Shown here: piece after piece, positions 25,515 through 25,971 of the stretch
How the letters are laid out: each line of letters begins with the position of its first letter
How positions within the stretch are numbered: position 1 is the stretch's first letter
Virus record (IMG/VR): IMGVR_UViG_3300005805_000423
Coordinates: 1 to 25,971 of that record
DNA length: 25,971 nt
Origin: a virus
Lineage: Duplodnaviria; Caudoviricetes
Reading direction: 5' to 3' (one strand)
Translations under genes and position numbers: made by a program
Notes under the pieces: generated by a model
Databases searched by the model: none
Told to the model about the DNA's origin: nothing
What the model saw: the letters and a program-made list of their open reading frames with translations, nothing else

Positions 25515-25531
25515 GATTGATAACCTGAAAA

Positions 25532-25971
25532 TCAGGTGAGGTTGATAACCTTAACTCTTCTGTAATACTGGTTAGTATTAGGAGTGAGGGTCTGACCATC
25601 TGGAGTAGCACCAGCGATACCGTTGGTGTTAGTGGTCGAAACGAATGGGTTGCTGACCATGCCGTAACGAGTCTTGAATCCAATCTTAGGCTGGAAGGTG
25701 TCAGGATTGATCGAACGAACCATTTGGAGAGGAACGTATGGGCAATAGAAGAGACCAGCATCATAAGGATTGGTTCCCTTATAACCCATGACGTAGTAGT
25801 GCTTAGCAGCCTGACCTTGTGAGTAGATTGGAGCACCGAATGGATCGATATAAACACGGATACCACCTTGAAGCACACCAGCAAATACGTTGCCAGTGTC
25901 ATCAACGTTGAGTGAAGTGTTGAGAGCAGGAGCGTAATCAAGCATACCAGCCATGCTCATAGCGGAAGCAA
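25532..25971 (-). CDS. g23: Major capsid protein gp23, C-terminal part (5' truncated by window)
   Basis: VDDTGNVFAGVL, RVYIDP, GYKG..YDAGLFYCPYVPLQMVR, FQPKIGFKTRYGMVSNPF, YYRRVKVINL. Confidence 0.97.
   Translation of the reverse strand, partial: ASAMSMAGMLDYAPALNTSLNVDDTGNVFAGVLQGGIRVYIDPFGAPIYSQGQAAKHYYVMGYKGTNPYDAGLFYCPYVPLQMVRSINPDTFQPKIGFKTRYGMVSNPFVSTTNTNGIAGATPDGQTLTPNTNQYYRRVKVINLT

Noticed and set aside
429-25941. Numerous short plus-strand and alternate-frame ORFs in the track (e.g. 535..867, 4572..5063, 7684..8043, 9246..9602, 15818..16252, 18090..18575, 25321..25941)
   Set aside because: All overlap well-recognised minus-strand genes, lack recognisable motifs, and are explained as codon-bias shadows.
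1-25971. tRNA, rRNA, CRISPR array, IS element or att site
   Set aside because: Intergenic gaps are about 110 nt or less and are accounted for by promoters and hairpins; no cloverleaf, repeat-spacer array, transposase or integrase seen by eye.

Overview
Core-genome segment of a T4-like cyanomyovirus (probably infecting Synechococcus/Cyanobium; inferred from the cobS/VWA, hsp20, mazG and cytidyltransferase content and gene order). All credible genes are on the minus strand. In transcription order: 3' end of g23 major capsid, g3, uvsY, uvsW, Sm-like hypothetical, g55, g47, hypothetical, g46, HExxH-peptidase/VWA protein, cobS-like AAA+, two small ORFs, g45, g44, Dam-like MTase, g62, regA, hsp20, two Sm-like hypotheticals, g43, uvsX, g41, mazG. 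These are followed by a late-promoter cluster: KxDG ligase-like protein, HxGH nucleotidyltransferase, AT-rich PD-(D/E)xK-like 609-aa protein, SH3-like ORF, modular charged protein, two small ORFs missed by the ORF track and the start of a further gene. No introns, inteins, tRNAs or CRISPR arrays were seen. Main points of interest: (1) a candidate ~70-nt late small RNA directly upstream of two Sm-like genes; (2) a perfect TTGACA-17-TATAAT promoter on the gene-free plus strand, back-to-back with the g55 promoter (antisense RNA or R-loop origin); (3) a ROSE-like thermometer in the hsp20 leader; (4) a late cluster of possibly virion-packaged nucleotidyl-transfer/nuclease enzymes, with an apparently split cytidyltransferase; (5) repeated terminator/promoter fusion cassettes. 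Product calls come from motif recognition and synteny only; no searches were run.
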